Shown one piece after another: positions 8,710-19,029 of a stretch of DNA of 42,070 bases. Each line of letters begins with the position of its first letter. Positions within the stretch are counted from its first letter, which is position 1. The stretch is from Candidatus Parcubacteria bacterium (GTDB lineage Bacteria > Patescibacteriota > Minisyncoccia > Phycocordibacterales > CALRHW01), in NCBI GenBank assembly GCA_009691505.1, contig SICJ01000002.1, positions 1 through 42,070 on the forward strand, in the 5' to 3' direction. The translations under genes were made by a program, and so were the position numbers. The notes under the pieces are model-generated. The model saw only the letters and a program-made list of their open reading frames with translations. It ran no database searches and was not told where the DNA came from.

Positions 8710-8997
8710 GACTGATCTTTTTTACTCGGAGTAGTGAAAGGTGGCGGTATTGCTATCCGACCTCACTTTACTGAATAGTCTGTGTTTTCAGAGTCTGCGT
8801 CTCATCGCATAGATTTTGACACAGACACTCGGTACTGAGACTCTACTCTCTGAAGCACAAGGAAAGGTTGTCGCCTGAAGATTGCCCATATGTGACCGCG
8901 AAACACCCCCTGTGCGCCGATCAGCCCCCCCCAGCCATTGTGCCATATACTCTTTGTCGGAAAAGAGATGGAAACACAACGGTGGGGGTTTTTCTTT
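8710..8997 (+). ncRNA. candidate structured non-coding RNA (unassigned)
   Basis: GC-rich relative to flanks; three long stems (8730-8772, 8781-8859, 8924-8990), the last followed by a U-tract. Confidence 0.45.
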
Positions 8998-9016
8998 GGT
9001 GTATAATATTTAAATA

Positions 9017-9778
9017 ATGGAAGATCTCGCTCAAGTTTATAAAAAAACATCCAGTCTCCATCACGCTTATGTGATTGAGGGAAATCAAAAAAAAGATTTT
9101 GCAGGTCTGCTTTCGTTTTTGGAAAAAAGTGTTGGGTTTAAAACTCATGGTAATCTAGATTTTTATCACGAAAGTTTTGATTCTTTTGGTATTGATGAGG
9201 CTCGCAGGATTAAAGAGATGCAACAAAAAAAGCCTTTTACAGAAGGTGGAAAAAAAGTTTTTATTCTTTCTTTTAATTTTATTACGCGCGAGGCGCAAAA
9301 CTCACTTCTGAAAGTTTTTGAAGAACCTACTTCTGGAACACATTTTTTTCTTCTTGTGCCGTCAGCAGAAATTTTTCTGCCAACGGTACGTTCTAGAGTG
9401 GTGATTTTATCGCAAAAATATTCTGTTGAGGGAAGACATGGGAGTGATGGCGGGAGCGGGAGCAGGGAAATTGCCTACGGCAATTTCCCTGCCGACTTCT
9501 GCAAAAATTTTCTCAAAAGCTCGCCTAAAGTGCGCCTTGAAATGTTTGCAGAAATTATTGAAGAAAAAGATAAGGCACGCGTGATAAGTTTTTTAAATAA
9601 TTTGGAATCGCTACTTTTTCAAAAATGGAATAAAAATTTAAGCGTCGAAAAAACCACCGACAAAGCGGAAATTTTTAAACAGATTATCACTTGTAGAAAT
9701 TATCTTCACGACCGCGCGCCGAGCGTAAAAATGATTTTAGAACACATCACACTTGTTACTCCAGTTGTAATAAGTTAA
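9017..9778 (+). CDS. holB: DNA polymerase III delta' subunit-like (short form)
   Basis: HAY, GIDEAR, KKVFI, EAQNSLLKVFEEP, LPTVRSR. Confidence 0.85.
   Translation: MEDLAQVYKKTSSLHHAYVIEGNQKKDFAGLLSFLEKSVGFKTHGNLDFYHESFDSFGIDEARRIKEMQQKKPFTEGGKKVFILSFNFITREAQNSLLKVFEEPTSGTHFFLLVPSAEIFLPTVRSRVVILSQKYSVEGRHGSDGGSGSREIAYGNFPADFCKNFLKSSPKVRLEMFAEIIEEKDKARVISFLNNLESLLFQKWNKNLSVEKTTDKAEIFKQIITCRNYLHDRAPSVKMILEHITLVTPVVIS
9449..9492. repeat. in-frame palindromic insertion in holB-like gene (14-bp stem, TAC/GTA loop)
   Basis: GCAGGGAAATTGCC-TAC-GGCAATTTCCCTGC; minus strand continues ...CCTGCTCCCGCTCCCGCC, similar to the 7469 element core. Confidence 0.8.
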
Positions 9779-9802
9779 AATCAAACAATAAACAAATAAA
9801 AT

Positions 9803-10354
9803 ATGGCATATAATTTTGCACCATTTAAACAAAGTATAAAAGATTTAGAAGATTGGCTAAAAAAAGAGTTTAGTTCTATCCGCACAGGTCGTGCGACCCC
9901 TGCTATTTTGGATGGTGTTTTTATGGAATCTTATGGCACCAAAATGCCAATAAGTCAGGTGGGGAGCGTCGCGATTGAGGGAGCGAGAAGTCTACGCATT
10001 GCTCCTTGGGACTCTTCTCAAATAAAAGGCATAGAAAAAGCTATTATTACCTCAAATTTAGGGCTTTCTGTGGCGGTAGACGATAGAGGTTTGCGTATTA
10101 CTTTTCCCGAGCTTACCACTGAAAGTCGTAATACTTTTATAAAAATAGCAAAACAAAAACTTGAAGAATCGCGCGTTACACTGCGGGCCGAGCGTGACAA
10201 AGTTTGGAATGATATTCAAGCACATGAAAAAGAAGGAGGAATGGGTGAGGATGAAAAATTTCGTCTAAAAGATGAAATGCAAAAAATTGTAGATGAAGCG
10301 GGTGGCAAGCTAGAGGCGCTCGCTATCGCAAAAGAGAAAGAGATGATGAGCTAA
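9803..10354 (+). CDS. frr: ribosome recycling factor
   Basis: IRTGRATP, PWD, FPELTTESR, KEKE. Confidence 0.97.
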   Translation: MAYNFAPFKQSIKDLEDWLKKEFSSIRTGRATPAILDGVFMESYGTKMPISQVGSVAIEGARSLRIAPWDSSQIKGIEKAIITSNLGLSVAVDDRGLRITFPELTTESRNTFIKIAKQKLEESRVTLRAERDKVWNDIQAHEKEGGMGEDEKFRLKDEMQKIVDEAGGKLEALAIAKEKEMMS

Positions 10355-10390
10355 TAAATGTGGCGCAGCTACGCGCGCTACCCATAAAAA

Positions 10391-11488
10391 ATGTCCATAA
10401 TAATTTTCATAATAATTTTAGCAGTTTTGATTCTCGTCCATGAGTTTGGGCATTTTATCGTGGCTGTAAAATCGGGGATTAAGGTAAGTGAGTTTGGGAT
10501 TGGTTTTCCCCCTCGCTTAAAAAAACTTTTTAGATGGAAAGAAACAGATTTTACTTTAAACGCTATCCCTTTCGGCGGTTTTGTAAAAATTTTCGGCGAA
10601 AATCCTAACGAAGAATCTATTTCTGGTCCAGATAGTGCGCGGAGTTTTGTAAATAAATCAAAATGGATTCAATCGCTCGTGCTCGTGGCGGGCGTGAGTT
10701 TTAATATTATTTTTGCTTGGCTCCTCATTTCGGCTGGATTTATGTCTGGTTTGCCGACTCCTGTAGACTACGGCGGTCCGGGAAAAATAGAAAACGCGCG
10801 AGTAATTATTACCAGCGTTACAAAAGATTCTCCTGCAGAAAAAGCAAATCTAAAAACAGGCGACGCTATTATAAGTATTGCATCAGGAAAAAATACTCTG
10901 TTTGCGCCTCTTTCCCCAGAAAATGTTTCTGAGTTTATTAAAAATAGTGGTGACGAAAAAATAGACATAGTTTATACGAGAGGAGAAACCGAGCTTCGTT
11001 CTAGTGTGTTGCCTGTCGTCGGAATTGTAGAAAACAAAAAAGCTATCGGTATTTCTATGGATCTCATAGGTATTTTACATTTGCCTTTTTATCAGGCGTT
11101 TTGGGAAGGAGCAAAAACAACAGTCTCTCTTTTGCAAGCCATCGTTGTTGGGCTTTATGGTTTTCTGCGTGACATCGTTTTGGGTCGTGGTGGTTTTTCA
11201 CAAGTGACTGGTCCTGTGGGCATTGTCGGCATGGTGGGGGACGTGTCGCATCTTGGTTTTATTTATCTGCTTTCTTTCACAGCTTTTATTTCGCTAAATC
11301 TTGCGGTGATAAATTTACTTCCATTTCCAGCACTTGACGGCGGACGTTTACTTTTTGTTTTTATTGAAGCGATACGTCGAAAACCCATCAGTGTGCGTGT
11401 GGCCAACACTTGCAACGGCGTCGGTTTTTCTCTACTCATTTTACTTATGGTTGCGGTGACGGTGCATGATGTGATAAAGCTGTTTTAA
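10391..11488 (+). CDS. rseP: RIP metalloprotease RseP (M50, PDZ)
   Basis: HEFGH, FGIGFPP, IPFGGFV, NLLPFPALDGG. Confidence 0.95.
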   Translation: MSIIIFIIILAVLILVHEFGHFIVAVKSGIKVSEFGIGFPPRLKKLFRWKETDFTLNAIPFGGFVKIFGENPNEESISGPDSARSFVNKSKWIQSLVLVAGVSFNIIFAWLLISAGFMSGLPTPVDYGGPGKIENARVIITSVTKDSPAEKANLKTGDAIISIASGKNTLFAPLSPENVSEFIKNSGDEKIDIVYTRGETELRSSVLPVVGIVENKKAIGISMDLIGILHLPFYQAFWEGAKTTVSLLQAIVVGLYGFLRDIVLGRGGFSQVTGPVGIVGMVGDVSHLGFIYLLSFTAFISLNLAVINLLPFPALDGGRLLFVFIEAIRRKPISVRVANTCNGVGFSLLILLMVAVTVHDVIKLF

Positions 11489-11603
11489 ATTTCAAACCCC
11501 TTTCAGGAGATATCGCAATGTATGAACTGGTTACAGAAAATCGTTTCCATTCCTTCTTAAAATATTTTTGACCCGCCCACTCCTTTAATGTTAATATTCA
11601 AGA

Positions 11604-12866
11604 ATGTTACAGTCTTCACTTTTTACAAAAACACGAAAAGAAGCCCCAAAAGATGAGGTTTCAAAAAACGCGGATCTCTTGATTCGCGCAGGATTTATTC
11701 ATAAAGAAATGGCGGGCGTTTACTCATATTTACCGCTCGGTTTTCGTGTCCTAGAAAAAATCGCAAATATTGTCCGTGAAGAAATGAATGCTATCGGCGG
11801 ACAAGAAGTATCACTTACAGCCCTGCAAGATAAAAATGTTTGGGAAATAACTGGACGGTGGAATGACGAAATAATTGACGTTTGGTTTAAAACAAATTTA
11901 AAAGCTGGAGGCGAGCTCGGTCTCGCGCCGACTCACGAAGAACCCTTCACGAGTTTGATGAAAAATTTTATACGCTCATATCGTGACCTTCCACTTTATA
12001 CATATCAATTTCAAACAAAATTTAGAAACGAAATTCGTGCAAAAAGCGGAATTTTACGCGGTCGAGAATTTTTGATGAAAGATTTGTATTCGTTTTCAAA
12101 AAACGAAGAAGAGCATACTATATTTTACGAAAAAATGTCAAAAGTTTATCACGATTTTTTTGAAAAAGTGGGTCTTGGTGAACATACATATTTTACACTC
12201 GCATCTGGTGGAAGTTTTAGTAAATATTCACATGAGTTTCAAACCGTCACTTCTGCAGGCGAAGACACTATTTTTGTCTGTGAAAAGTGTAAAATGGCTG
12301 TAAATAAAGAGGTAAGAGAAAAGCAAAAAATGTGTCCACATTGCAAGAATGAAGATTTAACTGAAAAAACCTCAATTGAAGTAGGAAATATTTTTAATCT
12401 AGGTACTCGTTTTTCTGACACGCTTGACCTTACCTATCTTGATGATAAAGGAAAGCCACAACCTGTTTTTATGGGAAGCTACGGCATTGGAATCGGTAGA
12501 GTGATGGGCACAATAGTAGAGGTCCTCGCCGACGAAAAAGGAATCGTCTGGCCAAAATCTGTTGCGCCGTTTCTCGTTCACCTTATATCAGTGGGAGAAA
12601 GTGAAGAAGTAAAAACCGCCTCGCAGGAAATTTATGACGCGTTAAACGCACAAAAAGTAGAAGTGCTTTTTGATGACCGCGACGCTCGTGCGGGAGAAAA
12701 ATTTGCCGACAGCGACCTCATCGGAATACCTTACAGAATTGTAATTAGTGAAAAAACATTAGCCGAAAAATCCGCCGAAATAAAAGTTCGCGCGACAGGA
12801 AAAACAGAGATGCGCCCGCTTGCCGACCTTAAAAAAGACGCTATTGCAGTCCTTGACGTCTTTTAA
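11604..12866 (+). CDS. proS: proline--tRNA ligase (short form lacking the INS editing domain)
   Basis: LLIRAGFI, PTHEE, KFRNEIR, REFLMKDLYSF, MGSYGIG, GEKFADSDLIG. Confidence 0.97.
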   Translation: MLQSSLFTKTRKEAPKDEVSKNADLLIRAGFIHKEMAGVYSYLPLGFRVLEKIANIVREEMNAIGGQEVSLTALQDKNVWEITGRWNDEIIDVWFKTNLKAGGELGLAPTHEEPFTSLMKNFIRSYRDLPLYTYQFQTKFRNEIRAKSGILRGREFLMKDLYSFSKNEEEHTIFYEKMSKVYHDFFEKVGLGEHTYFTLASGGSFSKYSHEFQTVTSAGEDTIFVCEKCKMAVNKEVREKQKMCPHCKNEDLTEKTSIEVGNIFNLGTRFSDTLDLTYLDDKGKPQPVFMGSYGIGIGRVMGTIVEVLADEKGIVWPKSVAPFLVHLISVGESEEVKTASQEIYDALNAQKVEVLFDDRDARAGEKFADSDLIGIPYRIVISEKTLAEKSAEIKVRATGKTEMRPLADLKKDAIAVLDVF

Positions 12867-12903
12867 TAGAATTATGCCGACTGAAGCTGACAAATGACAA
12901 CCT

Positions 12904-13965
12904 ATGAAAAAACATCTAGAAAAATTTTATGCCCTATTTTCCAATGATATCGGCATTGATCTCGGGACTGCCAACACTCTCGTATATGTAAAGGGTCGCG
13001 GTATTGTTTTAAATGAGCCTTCAGTTGTGGCGATCAATCAAAAAACTGGTCGTGTGGTAGCTATCGGCAATCAAGCAAAACAAATGCTCGGCAGAACACC
13101 CGGACACATCGTTGCGGTGCGTCCTCTCGTAGACGGTGTTATTTCAGATTTTGAAGTAACAGAAGAAATGGTTACTTATCTTTTAAATACCGCTCAAAAA
13201 GATAATAAAAAGTTTTTTGGACCGCGTGTAGTTGTCGGTGTTCCGAGCGGAATCACGAGCGTAGAAATCCGCGCAGTGCGTGACGCGACAAAAAATGCTG
13301 GCGCACGCGAAGTGCATATTATTGAAGAGCCAGTGTCGGCAGCTATTGGTATCAAGCTTCCCGTGATGGATCCAGTGGGGAGTATGATTATAGACATCGG
13401 AGGTGGCACGACAGACATAGCGGTGATTTCCCTCGGTGGTGTCGTGCGTTCAAAAAATGTACGCATCGCTGGTGACAAACTCAACACCGACATCATTTCA
13501 TATATCAGAAGTGAATTTAAAATTTTAATTGGTGAAAAGACGGCTGAAAGTGTAAAAATTGCTATTGGTTCTGTAATACCAGGAAGTGTGCCAATGGAGG
13601 CAGTGATAAAAGGTCGCGATCTTGTGACTGGTTTACCTCGCGAAGTGGTCATTACAGACGCAGATATTCGCGAAGCTATTTCGCAGTCTGTAGATACACT
13701 TGTAGAAGCAGTAAAAGAGGTTTTGGAAACTACACCGCCAGAAATACTTTCGGATGTGATGCATCGTGGCGTGTATCTCGTGGGCGGAGGCGCGCTTATA
13801 AAAGGCTTTCCAGAGCTTTTAAATGAATATATAAAAATCCCTGTTTACGTCGCGGAAGACCCGCTTACCGCAGTCGCGCGAGGCACAGGTATCGTGCTTG
13901 AAGACTTGCAGGCTTTTGCTGAAGTTTTAATTGTAAATGAAGATGACATACCTTCTGCAAAGTAA
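12904..13965 (+). CDS. mreB: rod shape-determining protein MreB (paralog 2, in mreBCD-pbp2 operon)
   Basis: GIDLGTANT, DIGGGTTD, GGGAL, AEDPLTAVARG. Confidence 0.97.
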   Translation: MKKHLEKFYALFSNDIGIDLGTANTLVYVKGRGIVLNEPSVVAINQKTGRVVAIGNQAKQMLGRTPGHIVAVRPLVDGVISDFEVTEEMVTYLLNTAQKDNKKFFGPRVVVGVPSGITSVEIRAVRDATKNAGAREVHIIEEPVSAAIGIKLPVMDPVGSMIIDIGGGTTDIAVISLGGVVRSKNVRIAGDKLNTDIISYIRSEFKILIGEKTAESVKIAIGSVIPGSVPMEAVIKGRDLVTGLPREVVITDADIREAISQSVDTLVEAVKEVLETTPPEILSDVMHRGVYLVGGGALIKGFPELLNEYIKIPVYVAEDPLTAVARGTGIVLEDLQAFAEVLIVNEDDIPSAK

Positions 13966-14782
13966 AAAAAATTGGCCAAAAAAATATGCACCGCTCATCG
14001 TGGTCGGTGTTTTTATTTTTATTGTCGTCGTGATTACTTTTATTTCGCCATCTTTTTTAGGACGGGTGAGCAACAGCATCGGTTTACCTTTTTGGCACTC
14101 TGGCGGATTTTTATTTGATAAAGTATCAGATTTAAAAGCCTTTACTTCTTCTCGTTTTATATTACTTGAAACAAATAAAAGTCTGCAAGCACAACTAACA
14201 GAAACGCAGATTCGTTTACTCGCTTTTTCTGTAATTGAAAAAGAAAATAGTGATTTAAAAAAAGCGTGGGGAAGGAGCGGTGAAAGTAAAGATGGAAGCG
14301 AAGACGGAAGTGAAGATGGAGGCAAGAACGAAGTAAATAGCATTTTAGCTTATGTGCTTGTAAAACCACCGCAATCTTTTTATGACACACTTATTTTAGA
14401 TGTTGGCCAGGACAAAAATATAAATAAGGGAAGTAAGATTATTGTTGCTAACACTGTCGTTTTGGGAACGATTGACGAAGTATTTGGAAAAACTTCTCGC
14501 GCAAAACTTTTTTCAAGCGCCGATTTAGAGACACTTGCGACAATAGACAGAAATAGTCTCCCCGTGACATTGATAGGAAAAGGCGCAGGAAATTTTGAAA
14601 TCCAAGTTCCTCAAGAAGTAGATATCGTATTTGGCGACACTATTATTTTATCGGGAATAAAACAGGAAATCGTCGCGACAGTTTTTGAAATAGAATCTAT
14701 CCCTTCAAATTCATTTAAAAGAGTGTTTTGTAAGGTTCCAGTAAATATAGACGAGCTACGTTTTGTTTCTATAGCAGATTAA
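13937..14782 (+). CDS. mreC: rod shape-determining protein MreC
   Basis: TM helix, coiled coil (ENSDLK), beta-rich C-terminal region; follows mreB. Confidence 0.88.
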   Translation: MKMTYLLQSKKNWPKKYAPLIVVGVFIFIVVVITFISPSFLGRVSNSIGLPFWHSGGFLFDKVSDLKAFTSSRFILLETNKSLQAQLTETQIRLLAFSVIEKENSDLKKAWGRSGESKDGSEDGSEDGGKNEVNSILAYVLVKPPQSFYDTLILDVGQDKNINKGSKIIVANTVVLGTIDEVFGKTSRAKLFSSADLETLATIDRNSLPVTLIGKGAGNFEIQVPQEVDIVFGDTIILSGIKQEIVATVFEIESIPSNSFKRVFCKVPVNIDELRFVSIAD

Positions 14783-14817
14783 AAGCAAATTAAAGACAGA
14801 TTTAAAAGTCTAAAAAT

Positions 14818-15072
14818 ATGTTATTTTTACGAATTTTTGTAGACATTGTGATTTTAATAGGTATTTTTCTTTTTCCTGCGTGGATTTTTATTATCTTAAG
14901 TCTAATCGGCGTTTTCTATTTTCATAGATATTATGAAATTCTTCTTGTCGGCTTGATGGTAGATTCTCTTTACAATTCACACATTCTTTTTTCAGGCTTT
15001 TTCTACACCATCACTTCAATTCTCATTTTTTTGATATCATTTGAAATAAAGAAACGGCTCAAGTTTTATTAA
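14818..15072 (+). CDS. small membrane protein, MreD-like by position
   Basis: 84 aa, hydrophobic, GLMVDSLY motif, between mreC and PBP2. Confidence 0.6.
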   Translation: MLFLRIFVDIVILIGIFLFPAWIFIILSLIGVFYFHRYYEILLVGLMVDSLYNSHILFSGFFYTITSILIFLISFEIKKRLKFY

Positions 15073-15092
15073 TTTTCTCGCCCAAAACAAAA

Positions 15093-16808
15093 ATGCCTCT
15101 TAGAAAAATATTTAAAATTTTCAAACGCAGAGTTTCTTATAAAGACGCTGAGATATATCCAGACGAGATTTTTCTTGATTCCAGAAATCTACCACAATTT
15201 GACGTGCATCAGTTTGAAGGTCGTTTGGAAAAGCCGATTTCAAAAATTGTTTTAAAAATACTTGGCGGAATTTTCGTTTTTGCTGGTTTAGTTTTTATTT
15301 CTCAGATTTGGATTCTTCAGATTTATAAAGGTAAAGCGTATTCAGAACGAAGTGAAAATAATCGTCTCAGGAAAACTTCTATTTTTTCAAATCGTGGAAT
15401 TATTTATGATAGAAACGCTGTAGAGCTTGCGTCTAATACTATAAACGAATCAGACCCAGATTTTGCTTTACGAAAATATGCGCTAATAAAAGGCATTTCA
15501 CATATTGTGGGTTATTTAAAATATCCCACAAAAGACAGCGCTGGATTTTATTATAAAACAGAATACGATGGTAAAGACGGAGCAGAGAAAATTTTTAATG
15601 ACGAGCTGTCAGGTGAAAATGGCGTAAAAATAGTAGAGACTGACGCGCGCGGAGCAGTAAAATCTGAAAACACAATGCAACCTCCAAAAGATGGAAAAAA
15701 CGTCACGCTAGCTATTGATTCCAGAATCAATGATAAATTATATAAATTAATAGAAGACGCGTCTATTCAACGTGGTTTTCGTGGAGGTGCTGGTGTGATA
15801 ATGGATATTTATACAGGAGAAATACTTTCACTCACGAGTTTTCCAGAACCAGATTTAAATGTGATGACTGACGGTAGCGATAACACAACTATTTCTGGTT
15901 ATTTAAAAAACCCAAACAACCCATTTTTAAATAGAGCGGTATCAGGACTTTATACACCGGGTTCTATCGTAAAACCATACATGGCTCTTGGCGCTTTAAG
16001 TGAAAATATTATTGACCCTTTAAAAAATATTTTAAGTACTGGCTCTATTTCAATACAAAATCCGTATTACAAAGATTTAAAAACCGTTTTTCTGGATTGG
16101 CAACCACAAGGTTGGGTAGATATGCGACAAGCGCTCGCCCTTTCTTCAAACGTATATTTTTACACTATTGGCGGTGGCTATGAAGATCAAAGAGGTCTAG
16201 GTATAGCAAATATAGAAAAATATATGCGGATGATGGGGCTTGGAGAAAAAACAAATATAAATCTTTTGGGTGAAGCAGAAGATACGATTCCTAGTCCTGC
16301 GTGGAAAGAAGAGTTTTTCCCAGGCAATCCATGGAGAATAGGAGATACATATCACACATCTATTGGTCAATATGGTTTTCAACTCACTCCCATTGCAGCG
16401 GTGCGTTCTATAGCCGCGGTTGCAAACAACGGCACACTTTTGACACCGACAATTTTACTTAAAAATAAAGATGAGCTGGTTTTAAATTCAACAACCGTTC
16501 CAATCAAAGATGAATATTTTAAAATTGTGAAAGAGGGAATGAGGCAATCTGTTTTTACTGTTACTGCAAGTGCGCTCAATCTACCTTTTGTTGCGGTGGC
16601 AGCAAAAACAGGTACTGCCGAGCTCGGCACAAAAAAACAATTTGTAAATTCTTGGGTGGTAGGTTTTTTCCCATATGATAATCCACGATATGCTTTTGCC
16701 GTGATACTTGAAAGGGGGGCAAGGACAAATCAGCTGGGCGCGACTTATGTGATGCGCAATTTACTTGATTGGATGCATATCTATACTCCACAATATTTGA
16801 GCGATTGA
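15093..16808 (+). CDS. mrdA: penicillin-binding protein 2 (class B transpeptidase)
   Basis: RGIIYDRN, PGSIVK (SxxK), SSN, KTGTAE. Confidence 0.93.
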   Translation: MPLRKIFKIFKRRVSYKDAEIYPDEIFLDSRNLPQFDVHQFEGRLEKPISKIVLKILGGIFVFAGLVFISQIWILQIYKGKAYSERSENNRLRKTSIFSNRGIIYDRNAVELASNTINESDPDFALRKYALIKGISHIVGYLKYPTKDSAGFYYKTEYDGKDGAEKIFNDELSGENGVKIVETDARGAVKSENTMQPPKDGKNVTLAIDSRINDKLYKLIEDASIQRGFRGGAGVIMDIYTGEILSLTSFPEPDLNVMTDGSDNTTISGYLKNPNNPFLNRAVSGLYTPGSIVKPYMALGALSENIIDPLKNILSTGSISIQNPYYKDLKTVFLDWQPQGWVDMRQALALSSNVYFYTIGGGYEDQRGLGIANIEKYMRMMGLGEKTNINLLGEAEDTIPSPAWKEEFFPGNPWRIGDTYHTSIGQYGFQLTPIAAVRSIAAVANNGTLLTPTILLKNKDELVLNSTTVPIKDEYFKIVKEGMRQSVFTVTASALNLPFVAVAAKTGTAELGTKKQFVNSWVVGFFPYDNPRYAFAVILERGARTNQLGATYVMRNLLDWMHIYTPQYLSD

Positions 16809-16860
16809 CTTTTAGGTTCTTAATCTATACAATATCCACAATTATATAAAAAAGACTACC

Positions 16861-17328
16861 ATGAAAGAAGAAAAGCACTATTTAACGCAAAAGAAATTTG
16901 ATGAATTCAAGGCGGAGCTTGAAACACTAAAAACTGTCCGAAGAAAAGAAGTGGCAGAAAATCTAGAATATGCAAAAGCACTTGGGGATCTTTCAGAAAA
17001 CGCAGAATATCATGAAGCACGCGACACGCAGGCAAACATAGAAGATAGGATTTCAAAACTAGAATCTATCATGAAAACCTCTGTTATAGTTTCAAGTCAC
17101 GATACTAATTCTGTAGATGTGGGTTCTGTGGTTACAGTACAAAAAGAAAAAGAAAAATCAGATCATACATATACTATCGTGGGTTCAGAAGAAGCGGATA
17201 TTTCTGCTTTTAAAATATCAATGACATCTCCACTTGGCGCCGCGCTCATCGGACGAAAAAAAGGTGAACATTTTTCAGTTTCCACTCCGAGTGGAATAAT
17301 GAAGTATACTGTAGTAGAGATAAAATAG
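16861..17328 (+). CDS. greA: transcription elongation factor GreA
   Basis: GDLSENAEY, IVGSEEAD, SPLGAALIG. Confidence 0.98.
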   Translation: MKEEKHYLTQKKFDEFKAELETLKTVRRKEVAENLEYAKALGDLSENAEYHEARDTQANIEDRISKLESIMKTSVIVSSHDTNSVDVGSVVTVQKEKEKSDHTYTIVGSEEADISAFKISMTSPLGAALIGRKKGEHFSVSTPSGIMKYTVVEIK

Positions 17329-17352
17329 TTTTCGCGCTCGCGCGATTTTGCA

Positions 17353-18819
17353 ATGTCTTCTTTTGATGAAATAAGAAATAATAGAATACAAAAAGTAGAA
17401 GCGCTTAAAAAAGCGGGTGTTTCTGTTTATCCGGTAAATTCCGCACGCGACCATTCTCTTGCTGAAGCCGTGAGTGATTTTGACACGATTTCCGGCGGGA
17501 AGAAAAGTGTACATCTCTGTGGGCGAATAATGTCTTTGCGACCGCAAGGCGCGCTTGTGTTTTTTACGCTTGACGACGGCACCGGACGATTTCAAGGACT
17601 TATCAAAAAAGGAGAGATAGATGAAAAGCAGTATGAGCTTTTTGCGACGATGACGGATATTGGCGATTTTATAGAAGTTTACGGTCCACTTTTTGTGACG
17701 GCACGAGGAGAAAAATCTATTCAAGTGCTAGCGTGGAAAATGCTTTCAAAAAGCTTGCGACCATTACCAGAAAAATGGCACGGTCTGCAGGATGCTGATG
17801 AGCGTTTTAGAAAAAGATATTTAGATACTTTGATGTCGCCTGAAGTGAAAGCACGATTTTTAATGCGTTCTCGTATCATCGCCGAGCTACGTTCACACTT
17901 TGATAAAAAAGATTATCTTGAAGTGGAGACTCCTATGCTTCAACCGCTTTCTGGTGGAGCGAGTGCCGAGCCTTTTGTGACTCATCATAATGCTCTAGAT
18001 ATGGATTTATTTTTGCGAATTGCGCCAGAGCTTTATTTAAAAAAACTCTTGATCGGTGGTTTTCCAAAAGTTTATGAAATAAATAGAAATTTTAGAAATG
18101 AGGGAATAGACATGACTCACAATCCTGAGTTTACGATGCTTGAGTTTTATGAAAGTTTCAGTAACGCAAGTGAGCAAATGATTTTTACTGAAAAAATGCT
18201 AAAGGGAATTGTGAAAAAACTTCTCGGCAAAACCAGTTTTGAATTTGACGGGCAAGCGATAGATTTCAAAAAGAAATTTGCGACGATTTCATATTCTGAC
18301 TTACTTAAAAGATACGCGCTCGTTTCCAACCCCGAAACTATTTCACTGGAAGACGCTCGCGCGAAAGCAATGCAACTCGGCGTAAAAGTAGATCCTACAG
18401 ACCCTGCGCAAAAAATTATTGATAATATTTACAAAAAAACTTGTCGACCGAAAATTATCCAGCCAACTTTTGTGATTGATTATCCGACCGCCAATTTTCC
18501 ACTAGCAAAAAAGAAAGAGGGAAATGACGCGATTGCTGAAGTTTTTCAGTTCGTCGTGTGTGGTATTGAGCTTGTGAAAGGTTTTTCAGAACTCAACGAT
18601 CCGCTAGATCAGCGCGCACGTTTTGAAGCACAGGAAGAAAATAAAAAGCTGGGCGACGCAGAAGCACAGACCACTGACGAAGAATTTATTGAAGCGATGG
18701 AATACGGAATGCCACCAGCTGGCGGTGTGGGTATCGGTATTGACCGTCTCGTAATGCTTCTCACAAATACTAAAAATATAAAAGAGGTGATTTTGTTCCC
18801 GACGATGAGGAATAAGTAA
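17353..18819 (+). CDS. lysS: lysine--tRNA ligase (class II)
   Basis: LPEKWHGL, LRIAPELYLK, FRNEG, HNPEFT, YGMPPAGGVGIGIDRL. Confidence 0.98.
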   Translation: MSSFDEIRNNRIQKVEALKKAGVSVYPVNSARDHSLAEAVSDFDTISGGKKSVHLCGRIMSLRPQGALVFFTLDDGTGRFQGLIKKGEIDEKQYELFATMTDIGDFIEVYGPLFVTARGEKSIQVLAWKMLSKSLRPLPEKWHGLQDADERFRKRYLDTLMSPEVKARFLMRSRIIAELRSHFDKKDYLEVETPMLQPLSGGASAEPFVTHHNALDMDLFLRIAPELYLKKLLIGGFPKVYEINRNFRNEGIDMTHNPEFTMLEFYESFSNASEQMIFTEKMLKGIVKKLLGKTSFEFDGQAIDFKKKFATISYSDLLKRYALVSNPETISLEDARAKAMQLGVKVDPTDPAQKIIDNIYKKTCRPKIIQPTFVIDYPTANFPLAKKKEGNDAIAEVFQFVVCGIELVKGFSELNDPLDQRARFEAQEENKKLGDAEAQTTDEEFIEAMEYGMPPAGGVGIGIDRLVMLLTNTKNIKEVILFPTMRNK

Positions 18820-19029
18820 TAATGTGCCGGACATAAACTTGACACAAAGTCACAATGGGTGGATGATAACAACAGATAGATCATTGAAACTAACTTACAT
18901 TTGCCACAGCCTAGAGTGCCTATAAATAACCAAAAATAAGGGCTTTCTATGTTGTGGCAAAACGCCACTGTCCCTATAACCTCGGGAAGAGGTGGAATCA
19001 CCGACAATTAGTCGGTAAAGGTGTATCTC

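Noticed and set aside
8710..8997. tmRNA, RNase P or SRP RNA assignment
   Set aside because: Lacks the T-arm/CCA end, GAGGAAAGUCC and SRP loop motifs.
8788..9148. Three short minus-strand ORFs
   Set aside because: No recognisable motifs, overlap holB, and promoter/terminator orientation favours a + strand RNA.
11518..11571. Short ORF MYELVTENRFHSFLKYF with an AGGAG site before proS
   Set aside because: Too short to support, no Pro codons expected of an attenuator, and no T-box motif seen.
7653..13965. Two mreB copies as a novelty
   Set aside because: Multiple MreB/Mbl paralogs are well known, including in CPR.
14282..14326. 12-bp tandem repeats in mreC (SKDG-SEDG-SEDG)
   Set aside because: Short slippage expansion in a linker; not a CRISPR array or mobile element.
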